64,000 nt of DNA from Lenisia limosa (Eukaryota > Protista > Breviatea): positions 25,100 through 89,099 of the forward strand of contig LPNZ01010514.1 in assembly GCA_001655205.1 (NCBI GenBank). The letters run 5' to 3'. This document shows positions 1 through 11,700 of this stretch, piece by piece. The stretch's first letter is position 1, and each line of letters begins with the position of its first letter. The translations under genes and the position numbers were made by a program. The notes beneath the pieces are model-generated. The model saw only the letters and a list, made by a program, of their open reading frames with translations, made no database searches and was not told where the DNA came from.

Positions 1-2994
1 CCATTGACTCAGCCTGCCGGATGCGTACGGCAAGTTGGTTGAAGTCTGATGATTCTAACGACACTCCAAGGTGTCAATACTTTCAGGTATGAGTGAATAT
101 TGAAAAATGGAAGAGTTTTTGGCAATTGACACAAAAGAATGTCCGAGATATTGAAGACCAAGGAAAATTCCAGATTCCCAATGGTTTGTTTTCTTGAATT
201 TATAATAAATTATCTTACTCTTTCTTAGGTCTTTATGATTTAAATGATTTGGTGGAATACGGCAAGAAAGAAGAAATGTGCCCTTATTGGACTTCAAGGT
301 AATGAGTTCATCTTTTATTGTTAATTTCTCTCAGAATGTCAATGGAGGAGTCCGATATTTTGGTGTTCTCTTTCCAGTACCTTCTCAACCCTCGTATTTC
401 AGATTTAGTCACTAAAGTACTCCCCCCCAATGCAATTGTTATCTTTGACGAAGCGCATAACATCGACAACGTGTGCATGGAGGTGATGTCAGTTTCACTC
501 GACCGTCCTCTTCTGGATACTGCCACTTTTGGAGTCAAAAAGCTCTTGACAGAAATTGATAGAGCCAAGCTCAAGGGCTCATCCCGACTGGAATCGGAAT
601 ATCGTCAACTTGTATGTGGGGGGGGGGGTCGAGGGAAATGTGGAGTCTATAGAACAAAAGAATTCATTAAAACGCTCAATAATGAGGGGGCCTGTGGGTG
701 AGGGGAAATTAAAAGTTTCAGATTGGAAGTCGAGAGAGTATGACAGAATAACGTATATCTCTGGAGCAGCTAGGCTTTCCATCATAAATTTTTAAGTAAT
801 AGTCTCTTTGTTCTGAAGTATCCGTTTTCAATGGGGTATTCAAGTCAATAGCATCATCATTTTTCTCTTTGTTTTTTGTTGTGATTGACAATAGGTTGCT
901 GGGCTTCAAGGCAACGACAGTCCCACTGCCTCAAATGATGATCTTATTGGCTCTCCAGGTATGGTGCAATTGTAAATTGTGTTATTCTTCTTTTATGTTA
1001 AACAACCTATCTTTCTTTACTGTACATGAAAAATAAAATGTATGAAAGGAATGATATGTATTCAGTTAGACAGAGCGTACTTACTTTCTGACTTCAATAA
1101 CTGTTTTAAGTGCTTCCTAAAGACATTGTCAAAGAAGCTATTCCAGGATCTATCAGAAAAGCTGAATATTTCTTGGCGATCTTGAGAAGGCTTATTGGTG
1201 GGTAGTGTTTTCCAACCAAAAACTAGTTGACAATTTTTCAAAATCTCACATTCATTATGACATTCTTAGAATACCTCAAAACTCGACTGAGAGCATCAAA
1301 CACACTTCAAGAGTCCCCTTTAGCATTCTTACAACATATGAAGAACACTTCCACCTTGGATCCACACGTCAGAAATGTCATCTTTTACTTTTTTAGCCCT
1401 TAAAGTTTTTCAGCCAACGACTTGGAATGCTCTTCAACACACTTCAGGTGACAGATCTCGAGTTTTTCGCACCTCTTTCGGCGGTTGCCTCTTTTGGTAA
1501 GGCCTTTATCCTTCCTTACTGTACAGCAACAATTTTAGGCACCTACCGTGAAGGCTTTTCGGTGATTGTTGACCACTCTACACGAACCAACCAAGATATT
1601 AGCCAATCTTCACTCCACCTTGTGTTGGTTAAACTTATCCTTAATCTGTAGCTGCTTGGAGGCAAGTTATGCAATTAAGCCCATTTTTTCAAGGTTCTTA
1701 TCTGTAATCCTGACTTCAGGAACCATTTCCCCTCTGCATTGTATGCTGTTTATTTTATGTTATTTTTAGACTATTCTCAAATTCTTGATTTTGAGCCGGT
1801 AGTATCTCACTCATTCCCAATGAACCTTGCAAGAAAGTCCCTTTGTCCTTTGGTAAGTGTGTTTGAGTGTGTTACTTTTAAACCATAAACTTATTTCTTC
1901 AGATTGTTACGAAAGGCTCAGATCAACTTGATATTACCACAAAGTACGACTTCCGGCACGATCCTGTGAGAATTATCATGAACATTTATCCCTTAGTCTG
2001 TTGTGAGAAACTATGGCGATTTAATCGTGCAATTATCGTCCACTGTTCCTGATGGTTTGTCACTTTCCAACTTACCTAAAAGGTCTCGTTGTTTTTTTCC
2101 CTTCATATCAATATTTGGAAAATATCCTTGCTGCGTGGCACTATCTCGGAGTAATTGAAAAAATTGCGAAGCAAAAACTAATTTTCGTTGAAACCGTGAG
2201 TGTAACCGAGACTGCCCTTGCCTTGAAAAACTATAAAAGTGGGTGAGATTCTTTAGTCCTTACCCATCAAAATTTCAAAAATCCTGAAAATTATGTAAAC
2301 ATGTCTTTTTCACCGTTTAGGAGCCTGTGATGTTGGTCGTGGCGCGCTATTATTTTCCATTTCAAGAGGAAAAGTTTCCGAAGGTGTTGACTTTGATGGG
2401 CATTATGGAAGGTATGAAAATATATTCTAGTATATATCCATTTTATTTTCTAGATGTGTTGTTGTTCTTGGAATGCCCTTTCAAAATAGTGAATCCCAAG
2501 TTCTGAAAGCTCGAATGGAGTACCTACGAGATCATCATCATTTTAAGGAGGAAGACTATTTAATATATGATGCAATGAAGTTAGCCTGTCCTTGGTGAAG
2601 ATTATCTAACAATTCAGGCAAACCGCGCAGTGTGTTGGTCGAGTTCTTAGAGGCAAAACGGATTTCGGCTTGATGGTCTTCGCCGACAAAGTGGGTTCAA
2701 GGAAGTTTAATGTTGTAGAGATTCAACCGAATGGATAGACGAAAAAAGCTACCTGAATGGATCAATAAGGAGCTTGTTGATTCGCATTTGAATCTGAGTA
2801 TTGAGGGTAAGACAATAATTATCATTGACATTTTAGGCGGTATATCGATTGCCAAAATGTTCTTGAAAGAGATGTCATTACCATGGAAGCTGGTTGGTTA
2901 TTTATGTGTTGTTACTGTTTAGGAATCTCATTTAGGTTATTCCCTTTTGAACGAGGCACAGGCAAAGGAGCTTATAATTAATCATAAGGGCTAA
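1..2994 (+). CDS. ERCC2: XPD/Rad3 Fe-S DNA helicase (TFIIH subunit), multi-exon, 5' end outside window
   Basis: Spliced translation gives [20 protein letters not shown] (motif II), [65 protein letters not shown], all matching XPD. Stop TAA at 2992-2994. Confidence 0.97.
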
Positions 2995-3487
2995 TCTGAT
3001 CCCGATACACTCACTGAATTGTTTCTATCGAAGTCTGATTTTAGATTATTATCTTCTCTATGGTATTTCTTGATATTGGACTTTTCTCTTTCATGTGGAA
3101 GTGCACTAAATTCCTGAAATGTTTTCATTTATAAGGCAAGTCTAAATTAGCAACTGCTATATCATAAACGTCTACATAGTTACTTAAATCTTACCACCAA
3201 TCCTTACAACTAAAAAAAAAACAAAGAAGCCATATGCAGCGAGTCGCTCCCTCATGCTCCCCCAGGTACGGTAACCCAAAGATTCTCGGATACCCATGCC
3301 GCTTTTCATATTTATTTTTTTGTTTTTTTGAAAAAAACAAAAAAACCCAACCAACAAAAATACAAAAAAAAACCCATTACTTCCCGCCTTTAGAGCCCCC
3401 TCCCCCTATCTTAAGACCATTTCACCGAGACTTCCTGTCAAATACTGTCACAAGTTACCGTAGTTGAGTTTTAGAACACCAAACACA

Positions 3488-5017
3488 ATGGGGGTCAGCA
3501 CCATAATTGTTGATGTAAGTTGCACCCCTCTCCTCATCCACAAAGGTCGGAAACACAACCCTAAGGGCTGCATCACTTTCCGCTTCTGGAGTTGAAAACG
3601 TTTGGGGTTCCTTTCATTTTTTTTCTCCTGAAGTAGATAGAAGTTTTTGTGGATTCTTCTCTGATTGAACAGAGTATCGAAGTGCCATGTGTGTTTGGCA
3701 TGGCCAAAAACAAGCTTTTGGTGGGTTTTCATTGAGTGACTCATTTTAAAGCAATTGCCAGCTTTTTTTTTCGAGGAAGCCATCCAAAAAAAAGGAATTT
3801 TGACAATCAAGCGACCAATTCAAAAGGATGATTTGGTGGATTCTGATATCCTTGGTTTGTTGGGGAAAGTAAAGGCGACTAACACATATATTTGACCTTC
3901 GTAGTTAAGATTTTGAAAAAAGTTGTTGAACAGCTGTCACCAACTTGTAAACAGATGGTTCTGTCTTTAAATATTCCACAAAAACACTTCAAGATGATTT
4001 TTGAGGTAAATATTTACTTTTCATTGCCTGAGTTTCATCTTTCAGATTGTAATCTCTGAATTGAATCTTAAAACTCTTGTAATACTTCCCCGGACTTTGG
4101 CAGCAGCAGCCACTGCCCTCAAGGTATGTGACTTTGAGCTGAATACCATTACCTCCAGAGTCCAAACTTAATCCCTCAAAAGAGTCACGTTGTTGAGAAG
4201 CTTAATACGGTTTGTTTTTATTGTGTTCATTGGTCGTAGAAGAAAGATGTGATTGTAACTAATATTGGAAGTTCTTCTTCATCAGTTGCAAACGTCATCA
4301 ATGGTTTGTTACAATTCTTCTGATAGTATCAGGAAAGATATCCCAGATCAGCTCCATACCTATTGGTGGCGAACATATGACTAGGTGAAAATTGTGTTTG
4401 TTGGAAACTCATATAATTTGTAGTCATCTACAACGGATGTTTGAAGGGAAAGGTGTGCGATTCTGGGTAAAGAATGACCTGTCTCTTTTGGAACAGTGCA
4501 AAATTTCGGTAAGATGATTGTACAATATTGTTAAAAAAACATCAGACTTCTCGAGTTGCGCTGGATTTTGAGGAAGAACTCATGGAATCACAACTATCCA
4601 ACGACAAGCAGGTTTCCTTTGAACTTCCAGATGGCTTTGATGTTGCTGTTGAAGATAGTTATAGGTAGAGCGTTTTTACAGTCCTGGGTTTATTATTTAC
4701 AACATAGAATTTCTTGCACTGAAATTGTTTTACAGCCAAGTTTAACTGGTAATTTAGGAATTGAATTTTATTTTCTATCAATCTAGGCCTTGATATTGAT
4801 GGAATTGAAGACCTTATGATAAAGGAATCTAAAAAGTACCCCAATGGTTTGATTGGTTTGAGGATTGATTGGTTTAGCAACAAAAATCTGCTTTGGATCA
4901 CCATTCAAAACTGACGGAATGGTACAACGATTACAAAAACAATGCAGTTCTCTTCAGGTTTCATTGGATTGCAACGTTATGAATGGGTTGTTCAACATTG
5001 CATCTCATTTCAAATAG
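3488..5017 (+). CDS. Highly divergent actin-like / actin-related protein (roughly 330 aa, about 11 introns)
   Basis: Exons join in frame via GT-AG introns and are collinear with actin: IIVDVGNTTLRAA (phosphate-1), EEAIQKKGILTIKRPIQ (actin DEAQSKRGILTLKYPIE), IPIGGEHMTRHL, RVALDFEEEL..SFELPDG (actin YVALDFEQEM..SYELPDG), SCTEIVLQPS, ICFGSPFKTDGMVQRLQKQ (actin VLSGGTTMYPGIADRMQKE). Confidence 0.85.
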
Positions 5018-5784
5018 TGTTGTTGCTTTATAATACAAATTTACAAGGAAACACCAAGGATACAAAACTCCAACAAAAAAATTCATATTTGTTCAATTTT
5101 CTCATATAAAGAAAGAAATAATAGATTAAAAATTTGAAGCAACATTACATATTATGTTGTCACAATGTTATTGTGTTTTGATAAATAATTAAAATTTGTA
5201 CGTTTGAATAATATTTTATATTTATTGAAAGATTCCATTGTTTTATTTTGTTTTTTTTTTATATTTGAAAATAAGTTGATGATATTATATTTAAATATAT
5301 TTATTGCATTAAAATTGAGTGTATGTGTTTTTGTTTGTTGAATTATCAATATCTGCATATTCTATAATATTTTATAATTTTTTTGAATGATACATTCTTT
5401 ATTTTATAATATTTAATGATACTTTTTTATGATACATTTTGAATATTGTTTATCTACAGAAATGTTTTTAGTATTTTTTATGATACATTTTGAAATTGTC
5501 TATCTGCTGAAATGATCATACATAGTATTACTGTAAGTAAAGGAAGGAGGTGTGATTCAATTAATCAATCAAATCTAGACTTGTGGAGAACCGCTATTAT
5601 AAAATCGTTTTCTTGTCAGTGATGATTGATTTAAATTTACACTTTGGCCACCGTTGTTATGTCGTCTGTTAGGACCGGTTTCAGTTCAGCTGAGAAAGAA
5701 AGATAAAATACATTATAAGATGAAAATAATATTACCCCAGAAATAAACAAAAAGCAAAAGAAACAAAACAGGTAATAAATATCA

Positions 5785-8700
5785 TTAGTTCCACATTCCT
5801 TCTTTGAAGGTTTGGAACTCTATCCCCCTCTTTGCCCCCTCAGCCATTTTGAGACCATCATCTTCCTGTGTCGCATCATGAAGTAGAATCATTGCTGTAA
5901 ATACCACATTTGAGGCCAATACAATGAGCACAAAAATGGTGAGCAGACCATGGTTGCCGTTCTACAACATTAGAGAACACTGATTCAATTTGACCTACTT
6001 CAGTGAAAACAAGACCAGTTAGTAAAGTTATGGTATTTACAATGATACCAGCGGAATCAAGGCTTATTAAACTTTCAGATAGATATGGTCTGAACCGTTC
6101 ATTTCCATAAAGTGCAGAAAAGAGGACTGCAACACAGAGGGCAATCTAAGTTGTGAATATATCTGAAAACTGTAGAATGGTCACTCACCTGTACACTTGA
6201 ATATTGTCCAAATACTGTGAGAGCAACTACCACAGTAAGGAGTCGTAAGAGAAGGCTAGTCTCCCAACTTGAACACCCCGGTCGGAAGCGTGACACTAAA
6301 AACCCGAACCTACATAGGTAGTCACGATGATAAAAAGGTTCCTTCAGACAAACCTATCGAAGGGTCTCCCATCGTATAAATCATCTGATAAAGCAACAAC
6401 AAGTGAAACTGCCAGGGGAACTCCGACGACATAGAACACAATACCAAATACCGCAAATGGAAGCAATGAGGAATGGTCGCTTTCGTAGCATATTAAATCT
6501 GAGTCTAAAGAGTGGTGACATTCTGTCTGTTCTGAAGGACACAATATTGCTCTAAAAAGTTACTAGCTTACCGAGGTCCCATGTCCAAACATTATCTTCG
6601 TGATAAGAACAATTGAAGTAGTCCATGGTAAACCAGGACAGGCCTGGAAAGAGGTGGTAAAAGTCAAATTGGAAAATGGTTTTTAATTCCCTCTCAAACC
6701 AAGATATGATGTTACCATCAAAATGGTAATGGTTCGGATCAGAGCATCAAGCTTCGCTGTCGTTTTGGCCTAACAAAGTGAACATTTGGTTATCATACCG
6801 TCCCCATCTTTGGAATCTCTGAAATCACAGGGGGGTATACTGTACATGGGATGGGGTAACTAATATATTTTAGGGTACATCCGTGTAATACTGTGTATAA
6901 TTTTAGTACAAGTGCTCCACCAAACTTACCAAGAGAGGAACTATGAAGTGTGCCAGTACCGTCATGACAACCAGAAGAACAGGAAGAAACAGTCTGAGAA
7001 TGTAGACATCCGTAGATGAGAGCTTAAGCAAGGTGACACAATGCAATTCAATAGAATACGTGTAAAGAGAAAGAGATGGTCAATAGATGGTAAAACCTGC
7101 GCCTACCCCTGAAAGCAAAGAGCACTCTGGTGCAACACTCTACACAATTAGCAATACTGGATATAGACTGAATGAAAACTATGAAGTTTCAACCGACTTG
7201 CATGTTGAAATTGAGTAAGGAGAGTGTCCTGAAAACGGCTTGAATCTCAGCTGGCCACGCAACATTAAACTGGCCATAAAGGGCTGTCACCTGGTGGTAA
7301 GGGCTTGAGTAATAAATAGTTGTTTGGGTTTCTCCCGATCTGAGGGAGCAAGCTGACCTGTAAAAAAGAGACAAGACATCTGATTGCTGGCCATTTCGCA
7401 TCTAAACAGGTGACATGTATCACATTTGCTATCATAAATGTGATAGGTTCAAACCTTGCGAGGGAGTCAGTGCCATGAAGTAAATCACAAACACCACAAT
7501 CATCAGACCGATGATTGAAAGCGGCAGCATTATTACCTGTTACATTAACAAAGAAATGGAGTGCCGAAAAAGGCTGCTTGCTTACCTCAAAGAAGCCACA
7601 TTCGCTACAGCCCGATGTAGTTCGGTACCATCCATCCTTGCACGAATTGCATAAGTGGCCAACATAACCATCAGCACATGTTCCTCCTGCGGAATGACAG
7701 AGTGAGGACAAAGCAGATCTTCTTACCGCTGATACAAGCTTGAGATTGCGGGCACTTCAGAAAAACCGAGCCATCTAAATACATCAAACACCATTCCCAA
7801 AATGTTTGTCATCGTCAGAAGTCTCACCTTCAGGAATGAAATAACCGTCAGCGGCTTCGGCCACTGCGGATCCACCTGAACAAATCGCTCCTGGAAGGTA
7901 AGCTGTTCAATTTGGCAACTAAATGATACATCACTGAAAGGAGACACAACAGGATCGTTTCAAAAGTTGAAGCGGGGAAGCTGACCTGTAGGACATATCA
8001 CACAGCCTTCAGGAGCAACATGATACCCTGAAATGTTAGAATGAACGCGAAAAAATATATAAAAGAGGAACCTGTCACACCTGGGTGACACGTGCACGCC
8101 TCAATAGAAACAGCCCCCGAGATTGGTGCCTGGGTGTTTTCAGGACACGCTGTACACGGAGACAGAGACTGCGTGGATCTAATGCAATTAAAAGAAAATA
8201 TTTTTTTCCAAGCAGAGTCGCTCCTCCCACTTGTAAGTTCCTGGTTCACAAGTTTCACAGATTTGTGCCTCGACATTGAACTGCTGTCCGGCGGCACAGA
8301 CACAATCGCCCTCTTGCATCACCATATTACCCGAGCAGACGCAATCTGAGAGTTGCGATGACGCCTCTAGATTAGTGGTTACAAACTCTCCCGGACACTT
8401 GGTGCAGGTCTCTCCACTTGAGTATGTCCCCTTCGGGCATGGAACGCAAGCCTTAATCGTTAACAAAAGCGATCCAAGCACCCACTAGCAGCGTTTCATC
8501 CTGATTGTATCCGTCTTCACAGAGGCAGCGCCCGGCAGATAAGTAACTATCCTTCACAAGTTCTGAGCAAGGGGCTGACCGAACAGGGTACTGAGGAGTC
8601 ACCAATAAAACTAGACTTGGAAATATATGAAAGTCATAATATTATCACCATTTCTTAAGGTCCCTAGAATTGAAACTCACATGGTGGATTGGCTTGTCAG

Positions 8701-11700
8701 CCTCAGCTGCAGAGAACGAAATCTAAAAGGGTCACAAAGAGAAAGCCAACGTTATAGACCATGTCTTGGACACTAGGGATTGTCAAAAGGTCGAAAACAG
8801 CTTGTCCTGTTGAACCAGTAGCCGCAACCGTGCCGCTACAGCCCTCAACAATGGACGATCTGAAGGATGAAAAGACCGTCAATTTACAAGACAAAGCAGT
8901 GGTACGCCTAGACGCCTACCTATTGACGTTTGTGACAATAGCTGTGACAACAAGGCTTTCAACTTCGATATTGTCTCCACTTGGCTGTACAGTCTACAGC
9001 GTCAATTAATTGTTAATTGTATCACCTGGACGAAGATGGCTGGCTCAAGAGGCGCCAAAGTGGATGTGTTCGGAAGAGCACCGTCGAACTTCAGTCCAAC
9101 TTCCGTGATCACCTATATTATATCATATATCATATGGTTAATTGGCTTTTTTAAAAAAAAGGCGGAGCATGTTGCACCTACATTAACAACAAATTGATCT
9201 GACTCAAGAGCCGTGTCCACAACTTTAACAACAAGGTTCAGTTTGACAGGAAGTATGAGGGGAAGAGTGGCAATGATATTCCCTTCATTCAATGTACAAG
9301 GGTTACAGTCACTGTAGAGTTAGATCAACATTTGCGCCGCCACTGACCCACTCATTCCAACAGCACAAAAGAAGACTTGCATCAGTTTCGTAGAGAAGTT
9401 GAACAATTGGATCCACCCGATCCAGCATTGAGACAGTCTGAAGGTTAAAATCCCCTTTTCCAGGCATACCGAAGGGGTAATGCTGACAATTTCTGGTTTT
9501 CTTATGATGAACAGATTGATGTAGGTGGCACAATTAGCACCAGCGGGCCAGCTTCACAGTTATGCAAACAAGAGAGTCCTACCCAAAATGGTTTGAACAA
9601 TCGCGGTTTTTGGATCGCCACAGCTCATCATTGTTATCTTTGACACTGACATCCACATAGTGCTGAGATAATTAAGAACTTTGTAAAACAGAAAAAAGAC
9701 TGGTCCTGGTAGAACATACCGTTCCAGGACTGACTTGCGGCGCAATGAAGGAATACTCGTTACCGCCTTGAGGAAAGGCGACAATGGAATTTGATAACTC
9801 ATCAAAGAAAACCTAAGCTTGTAAGCTTTATCCTATTCTGTTGCCCAAAATCAAAACAACCTGTCAAAACCAACGTATAAGGGACTCCCTGTGTATCCAC
9901 CAGTAGCATTGAAAGTGACGAGGGCTCCTTCAGGGGCCTTGATGATCCTAAAGGAACGTCAGCCTCGACTGGACCATTTTACTCTCATACGGTGTGAACT
10001 CAACATCTGGAGTGTATAATCTGTCAATTTGACCCAAGTCATAAAGTTGCCCATTAAGGCGCATCTAAAGGATAAGTCAAGGAGAAGTGTTAAGATTCAC
10101 TTAACCTTCCAACTTACCATCATTATCTTGTTGTAGTCATTTTGCAGTGGAATGTCCATAAAGAACTGGGTTCCTTCATAACCCAAATATACCTACAAAA
10201 TGACAAACACAATGTAATGTTATAATAGAAGAATGATATACTAATATATGTACTATGTGAATAATATGAGCAAGAGATTGGTTTGGATTATAGCCCACAT
10301 GTTGAACAGCAGAAACTTCTCCATTATCCGTAATTACATGGAAGTTGTTGTCATATTGCACTTCTGCAGGCAACGCAATCTGAAATCTCAGTAAACCTCA
10401 AAAAAAAAATGGCAAGAGCTCCTAACAATATATCATATCAAATATAAAAAGATAATTAGCCAGAGCCCTACTCTATTAACTACCACTCCAGATTTGAGAG
10501 AGTGCAGTGGAGTGTTGTAAGGAATAGTGCCTGGTATTGACGAAACTACACTTGTTACACAATTGTCCTCGTCAAATAGCTTTTAAAATATGAGGAAAAC
10601 TAAGCCAGCAAACAAAAAAGGAAGAGGCTAAAGACTGCGGAGGTAGAGGCTGTGGAATGGATTGTTAAGTCCATTAAATCGAAAGGTTTTTGTGTTTCTG
10701 AGGTGTAGCCTGTGTATGGATCTGGAGCAATTAAATGAATCTGAAACAAGCTTATGTGGCAACATGTCCAACACCTTTGATACTCTATGATATGATATAT
10801 ATTATGCTGTAGAGTTTTGGAAGTTGTTCAAGAAGGTTCAAGAAGAAAGGCATCTCATCTCTTTTGAAGTCTACCCAAATACCATAGAATTGAGTGTCTC
10901 GTCCTGAACAATATGAAATTTCGTATTCAACTTAAAAGGTTAGGAAAGCTATCTGTGAAAACAGATCAATGGGAGTCAACTTGTTGAATTCTAGGATTAC
11001 TCTTCTATTCAAACTATTTTCCTACAGATAGTGCACGTGGAGGAAGGGGCTTGGTTGCATTGATAAACATCCGCTATGAGGTTAATGAAATGAAATATTA
11101 AGTCACCTCAAAGGGTAATTTCCACTTACAGTGAGACATTAGAACGATGGTGCCATCGTAATATGCCATTTTCACGATTCTATGACTGTATTGAAAGTAT
11201 ACCAACTCAGCTGAAAGAGTGAGAGAAAAAACAGCATTCCGAATAGAAGACAAGCTTACTTAAAGAATTAAGGAAAGAAGTTGACATTGCCCCTCTTGAT
11301 CCAGGAATACAAACAGAGCCCATTGCATAAGTCGCCTCCCGATCTGAAGACATTAAATAAGATTAAACACCACAAAGCTGAAAGAGCAAACTTGTCAAAA
11401 TGTAACCTCCACGATTGACAAATTTTATGTCTCGAATGGGGTCAAGGTGGCTGTGATAGCGTCTTACGTCTACAACTGTCAGCACACTCCAAATGGGATA
11501 GTCCTCAGTTCAAAGCAAGAAAGCCTCACCCGTTTCGGGGAAAGTATCAACCTCCTGCTGAGTGTAACCAATGTAGATACTTGCTGGACCTGTCAAGTAG
11601 GCCTCCCCATTGAAATCCCAAAATATAATATTTTGGTAGTCAAGAACACTGAGTGCACCCATCAACGGGGTTGAGACGGGTTTTGGTATCTGTTTTGGTG

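Noticed and set aside
5050-5570. Very AT-rich block with a ~40-nt direct repeat (about 5421 and 5474), possible foreign or organellar insert
   Set aside because: It lies between two convergent 3' ends, has no credible ORF or RNA gene, and fits an AT-rich terminator/intergenic region.
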